Shown here piece by piece: positions 60,121 through 64,000 of a stretch of 64,000 bases of DNA. The notes below the pieces were generated by a model, which saw only the letters and a program-made list of their open reading frames with translations, was not told where the DNA came from and searched no databases. The position numbers and the translations under genes were made by a program. Origin of the DNA: Prevotellaceae bacterium (GTDB lineage Bacteria > Bacteroidota > Bacteroidia > Bacteroidales > UBA932); assembly GCA_031269545.1 (NCBI GenBank), contig JAISYZ010000027.1, forward strand, positions 2,367 through 66,366. The letters run 5' to 3'. Each line of letters begins with the position of its first letter. Position 1 is the first letter of the stretch.

Positions 60121-60348
60121 GACAGATTCCTCACTGCATTCGGAATGACGAAGAAACCGACTTATGACTAACCGCTGTATTTCTCTGTTTGATTTTTTTA
60201 TTACACAGAGGTTTTCTTGTTTATTTCTTTGTTAACACTGCTCTTTGCGAAGACATTAGCATGAAGAATCGAAGCTCGGCGTAGCCAATCCAGAATATCA
60301 AAAAATCATAAATTTATACCTGACTAAGTATATTACAAATTAAAAAAC

Positions 60349-60356
60349 TAATTTTG
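60349..60356 (+). promoter_or_regulatory. Candidate -7 promoter box (TAATTTTG)
   Basis: TAnnTTTG match 44 nt upstream of the ATG at 60400. Confidence 0.45.
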
Positions 60357-60399
60357 CCGCTTCTTATAAAGAAAACAACTAAAATTAAAAGAAAAAATA

Positions 60400-61092
60400 A
60401 TGGCAAATAAAATATACGTTTCAAAAATGTTTGACGATATTGCCGAAAGATATGACTTTATGAATCATGTTTTGTCTTTCGGCGTAGATAAATTTTGGCG
60501 CAAACGACTTGTAAAAGAATTAAGGCGCTACAAACCCAAAAAAATCCTTGATGTAGCAACAGGAACAGGCGATTCGGCAATTGTTTTGCTGCAAACCGAC
60601 GCCGAAAAAATCATAGGCGTTGATATTTCAAAAAAAATGCTCGCCAAAGGAAAAGAAAAAATAAGCAAAAAAAAACTTACCGGCAAAATAGAATTGAAAC
60701 ATTGCGATGGAGAATCGCTTGAATTTAAAAACAATACTTTCGATGCCGTAAATGTTGCTTTCGGAGTTCGCAATTTTGAAAATCTGGACAAAGGCTTATC
60801 CGAAATCTATCAGGCTGTAAAACCCGATGGAATAGCAACAATTCTTGAATTTTCGATGCCCGAAAATTTTGTGGTACGGCAAGTTTATTCTATATACTTT
60901 TTTTACATTCTGCCGATTATCGGACGATTTGTTTCGCGAAACAAATATGCATACAAATATCTTCCGCAATCGGTAAAAACCTTTCCGAAAGGCAAGCAAT
61001 TCATTCAACATTTGCAAAATGCAGGTTTTCGACAAACGCGGCACATCCCGCTAACTTTCGGTATCGCCGAAATATATATAGGAATTAAATAA
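60400..61092 (+). CDS. ubiE: Demethylmenaquinone methyltransferase (UbiE/MenG)
   Basis: 230 aa; FDDIAERYDFMNHVLSFG N terminus and SAM motif ILDVATGTGD. Confidence 0.9.
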   Translation: MANKIYVSKMFDDIAERYDFMNHVLSFGVDKFWRKRLVKELRRYKPKKILDVATGTGDSAIVLLQTDAEKIIGVDISKKMLAKGKEKISKKKLTGKIELKHCDGESLEFKNNTFDAVNVAFGVRNFENLDKGLSEIYQAVKPDGIATILEFSMPENFVVRQVYSIYFFYILPIIGRFVSRNKYAYKYLPQSVKTFPKGKQFIQHLQNAGFRQTRHIPLTFGIAEIYIGIK

Positions 61093-61217
61093 TCGTTCCT
61101 TGTTATACGTCGCACAGGATAAATTTATGAATTTCAATATTTTGGACTGCTTCAGGCAAATGTCTTCGCAATGATATACTAATGTTTTTTAGACAGCCAT
61201 TCGCATTTTGTCATTTA

Positions 61218-61309
61218 TACCAAACTGTTATTAAAATGCAAATTATATAAATTGATTATCAATAAAATACATTTATATTTCAGGTTGTTTTGATGCTGTT
61301 TTGGTGTTA
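61218..61309 (+). repeat. 90-nt intergenic hairpin element, copy D
   Basis: Aligns with copies A-C; 126 nt after the ubiE stop. Confidence 0.8.
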
Positions 61310-61469
61310 ATTGGTGTTCTTTTTTCCTCTTTTTTGTGTCAACCTATAACAGGACAAGACAGTGATTTTACATTTTTAATTGTCAATTTAAAAAACCTGT
61401 TAGCTAATAGCGACTCAAACTTTTTCGTAACGTATATTTCGTAAATTGTTCAAAAATCGTCTTTTTTAT

Positions 61470-61477
61470 TACCTTTG
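61470..61477 (+). promoter_or_regulatory. Candidate -7 promoter box (TACCTTTG)
   Basis: It overlaps the TTG start used by the ORF track at 61475, favouring the GTG start at 61493. Confidence 0.45.
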
Positions 61478-61492
61478 CAAAAAAACAAAACT

Positions 61493-61702
61493 GTGATAGA
61501 ATTTAAATTACAAAATGGCGAATACATTGAATTGGTGCAATTGCTTAAACGCGTAAAGATTGCCATGTCGGGAGGCGAAGCAAAAATGCTTATTGCTGAT
61601 AGTCAAGTAAAGCGCAATGGAAAGATAGAAACCCGCAAGCGGGCGAAAATTCGCGTTGGCGAAACTGTCGAAACAATGGGAAAAACAATTGCAGTCATTT
61701 AA
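61493..61702 (+). CDS. S4-domain RNA-binding protein (YbcJ-like)
   Basis: About 69 aa beginning (V/M)IEFKLQNGEYIEL; GGEAKMLIADSQVKRNGKIETRKRAKIRVGE is typical of the small S4-domain family; start choice uncertain. Confidence 0.7.
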   Translation: MIEFKLQNGEYIELVQLLKRVKIAMSGGEAKMLIADSQVKRNGKIETRKRAKIRVGETVETMGKTIAVI

Positions 61703-61745
61703 TAATTGCACTTAATAGAGCGACAGCCATTTATCGAACGAAAAT

Positions 61746-63848
61746 ATGATTTTAGAAACCGAAATAAAGTTTCTTTCCGGAATCGGTCCCAAACGTGCGG
61801 AAATATTAAAAAAGGAATTGAATATAAGCACTTTCAACGATATGCTTTATACTTTTCCTTATCGTTATATTGACCGTACAAAATTTTATAAAATTAACGA
61901 AATTACCGAAGATTTGCCATATATTCAGTTCAAAGGCAAGATTATTCGTATCGAAAATGTCGAAACACCGCGCAACAAGCGTTTGATTGCCTATGCAGCC
62001 GACGATTCGGGAAACGAAATACAACTTGTTTTTTTCAAAGGAATAAAATGGATTAAAAACAAACTGAACACAAACACTGAATATGTTTTTTTCGGAAAAC
62101 CTAATGTTTTCAAGGGACAAATAAATATAATCCATCCCGAAACCGAAACCTTAAGCGACGAAAACAGTCAAATAAATTCAAATATTCAGGCGGTTTACAG
62201 TTCCACGGAATTATTGAGAGATAATTTTCTCGGAACAAAGGCGTTTAACAGATTTCAAAGCGCTTTACTCACGCTTGTTTACGCCAAAATTGATGAAACA
62301 TTGCCCGAATATATTGTTTCGCAATACAAACTGATTTCGCTTAAAGAAGCTTTGCTTAATATTCATTTTCCACAAAGTCCCGAACTGCTTACAAAAGCGC
62401 AATTTCGTCTGAAATTTGAAGAACTTTTTTACATACAACTTTCGCTATTGAGCCAGCGATTGAACAGAATGCAGAAAAACAGCGGATTTGTATTTCCAAA
62501 AATAGGCGATAATTTCAATAATTTTTACAAAAATAATCTTCCGTTTGAACTCACAAATGCTCAAAAACGCGTGATAAAAGAAATACGCAAAGATTTTGCA
62601 ACAGGCAAACAAATGAACCGACTGCTGCAAGGCGATGTCGGCAGCGGAAAAACACTGGTGGCTCTGATTTGCATGCTTATTGCCATCGACAACGGATTTC
62701 AAACCTGCATAATGACGCCTACCGAAATTCTTGCAAACCAGCATTATCAGACAATTAATGATTTTTTGAAAGGAATTGATGTTGATGTGAGATTGCTTAC
62801 AGGTTCGACAAAAAAATCGGAGCGGAAAATAATCGACAGCGATTTGACATCGGGCAAAATAAATATCCTTATCGGAACTCACGCCTTGATTGAAGAAACC
62901 GTACAGTTCAGCAATCTCGGTTTTGTCGTTATCGACGAGCAGCATCGTTTTGGAGTTGAACAGCGAGCCAAACTTCGCAACAAAAACGCCGTTTCGCCTC
63001 ATGTTTTGGTGATGACGGCAACGCCGATACCGCGTACTCTTGCAATGACTCTTTACGGCGATTTGGACATATCTACAATTGATGAACTGCCGCCCGGACG
63101 CAAAAATGTAAAAACAGTTCATCTTTTCGACACAAAACGATTGCAACTGTTCGGATTTATGCGGGAACAAATCAAAGCTGGACGCCAAATTTATGTTGTT
63201 TATCCGCTGATAAAAGAATCGGAAAAAATGGATTATAAAAATCTCGAAGACGGATATTTTGCAATAACGCAGGCATTTCCAGCGCCCGAATATGTTACCT
63301 GTGTTGTTCACGGTAAGATGAAAGCGGATGAAAAAGATTTTTCGATGAATTATTTTGCATCAGGCAAAGCAAATATTCTTGTTGCAACGTCAGTGATTGA
63401 AGTCGGCGTGAACATTCCAAATGCAAGCGTGATGGTAATAGAGAGCGCCGAACGTTTCGGACTTTCTCAATTGCATCAACTGCGCGGACGAGTTGGGCGC
63501 GGAGCGGAACAGTCGTATTGTTTTTTGATGAGTGATGTGAAACTCACAGCCGAAGCCCGCAAACGAATGCAACTTATGGTAAGAACAAACAACGGATTTG
63601 AAATTGCCGAAGAAGATTTAAGATTAAGAGGACCCGGCGATATCGAGGGAACGCAGCAAAGCGGATTGCCGTTTAATTTGAAAATATCAAATCTTGCAAA
63701 GGATGGAAAAATTTTGGAATATGTACGAAACGTGGCTTTTGATATTTTAAACGAAGATAATTCGCTCGAATTGAAAAAAAATTCGTTACTTCGCAAAAAT
63801 TTAGAAAAAAAAATCAAAAAAACAATTGATTACAGTGCAATAAGTTAA
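61746..63848 (+). CDS. recG: ATP-dependent DNA helicase RecG
   Basis: 700 aa; wedge/OB N terminus, Walker A GDVGSGKT, DEQHRFGV box, TATPIPRT, QLHQLRGRVGRG. Confidence 0.94.
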   Translation: MILETEIKFLSGIGPKRAEILKKELNISTFNDMLYTFPYRYIDRTKFYKINEITEDLPYIQFKGKIIRIENVETPRNKRLIAYAADDSGNEIQLVFFKGIKWIKNKLNTNTEYVFFGKPNVFKGQINIIHPETETLSDENSQINSNIQAVYSSTELLRDNFLGTKAFNRFQSALLTLVYAKIDETLPEYIVSQYKLISLKEALLNIHFPQSPELLTKAQFRLKFEELFYIQLSLLSQRLNRMQKNSGFVFPKIGDNFNNFYKNNLPFELTNAQKRVIKEIRKDFATGKQMNRLLQGDVGSGKTLVALICMLIAIDNGFQTCIMTPTEILANQHYQTINDFLKGIDVDVRLLTGSTKKSERKIIDSDLTSGKINILIGTHALIEETVQFSNLGFVVIDEQHRFGVEQRAKLRNKNAVSPHVLVMTATPIPRTLAMTLYGDLDISTIDELPPGRKNVKTVHLFDTKRLQLFGFMREQIKAGRQIYVVYPLIKESEKMDYKNLEDGYFAITQAFPAPEYVTCVVHGKMKADEKDFSMNYFASGKANILVATSVIEVGVNIPNASVMVIESAERFGLSQLHQLRGRVGRGAEQSYCFLMSDVKLTAEARKRMQLMVRTNNGFEIAEEDLRLRGPGDIEGTQQSGLPFNLKISNLAKDGKILEYVRNVAFDILNEDNSLELKKNSLLRKNLEKKIKKTIDYSAIS

Positions 63849-63854
63849 AAATAT

Positions 63855-64000
63855 ATGAATACAAAAAAGATTTTACTATTAATAAGTTTACTTACAGTTA
63901 ATGCGGTTTTGTCGGCGCAAGTTACATCGTTCAACGATTGCGAAAATATGAAAAATCCTGCAAATTTTGCTTTTCAAAATGGAGAAGCAATAACGCTTGA
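63855..64000 (+). CDS. 5' fragment of a secreted protein gene (runs off the window)
   Basis: ATG at 63855 gives MNTKKILLLISLLTVNAVLSAQ, a signal peptide; open to the window end. Confidence 0.35.
   Translation, partial: MNTKKILLLISLLTVNAVLSAQVTSFNDCENMKNPANFAFQNGEAITL

Noticed and set aside
62445-63311. 288-aa minus-strand ORF within recG, and similar antisense ORFs in uvrA, the carboxyltransferase gene (6250-6816), the NhaD-like gene, leuS and others
   Set aside because: Each overlaps a strongly supported conserved gene on the other strand. The products have low-complexity, Phe/Ile/Cys-rich composition typical of antisense frames in AT-rich DNA.

Overview
AT-rich chromosomal segment. Gene content and frequent TAnnTTTG -7 promoter boxes point to Bacteroidota, probably Bacteroidales. 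Most of the window is housekeeping: uvrA, rfbAC, an acyl-CoA carboxyltransferase with a biotin carrier, pheS, tRNA-Ser, floA/nfeD, folE, rsmG, thyA-folA, pssA, leuS, ubiE, recG. Accessory modules are interspersed: (i) a putative metal-acquisition cluster with a Cys/His-rich membrane protein, a TonB-dependent receptor and two tandem, nearly identical secreted HMA-like proteins; (ii) two ECF sigma modules and an OmpR-type two-component pair; (iii) a cobalamin riboswitch ahead of a DUF6580-like membrane protein, a DUF2284-like Cys-rich protein, nrdD and nrdG, with a four-helix-bundle (23S IVS-protein family) ORF bracketed by 28-bp inverted repeats wedged between nrdD and nrdG; (iv) a second copy of the same riboswitch leader, about 95 percent identical, ahead of a GC-richer segment. 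That segment encodes an HU-like/DUF4469-like protein, two BIG2 surface lipoproteins (one with seven WKNG repeats, one with LRRs) that share a near-identical 5' UTR and signal peptide, and a small tyrosine recombinase. The roughly 6.4-kb segment is bounded by a 13-bp direct repeat. Intergenic DNA is packed with repeat families: a 90-nt hairpin element in four same-strand copies, a roughly 200-260 bp MITE-like element in three copies, and palindromic AACCTGNCAGGTT hairpins. I found no CRISPR array, rRNA or recognisable defence genes. The most interesting candidate is the riboswitch-led surface-protein/recombinase segment at about 49.55-55.98 kb.
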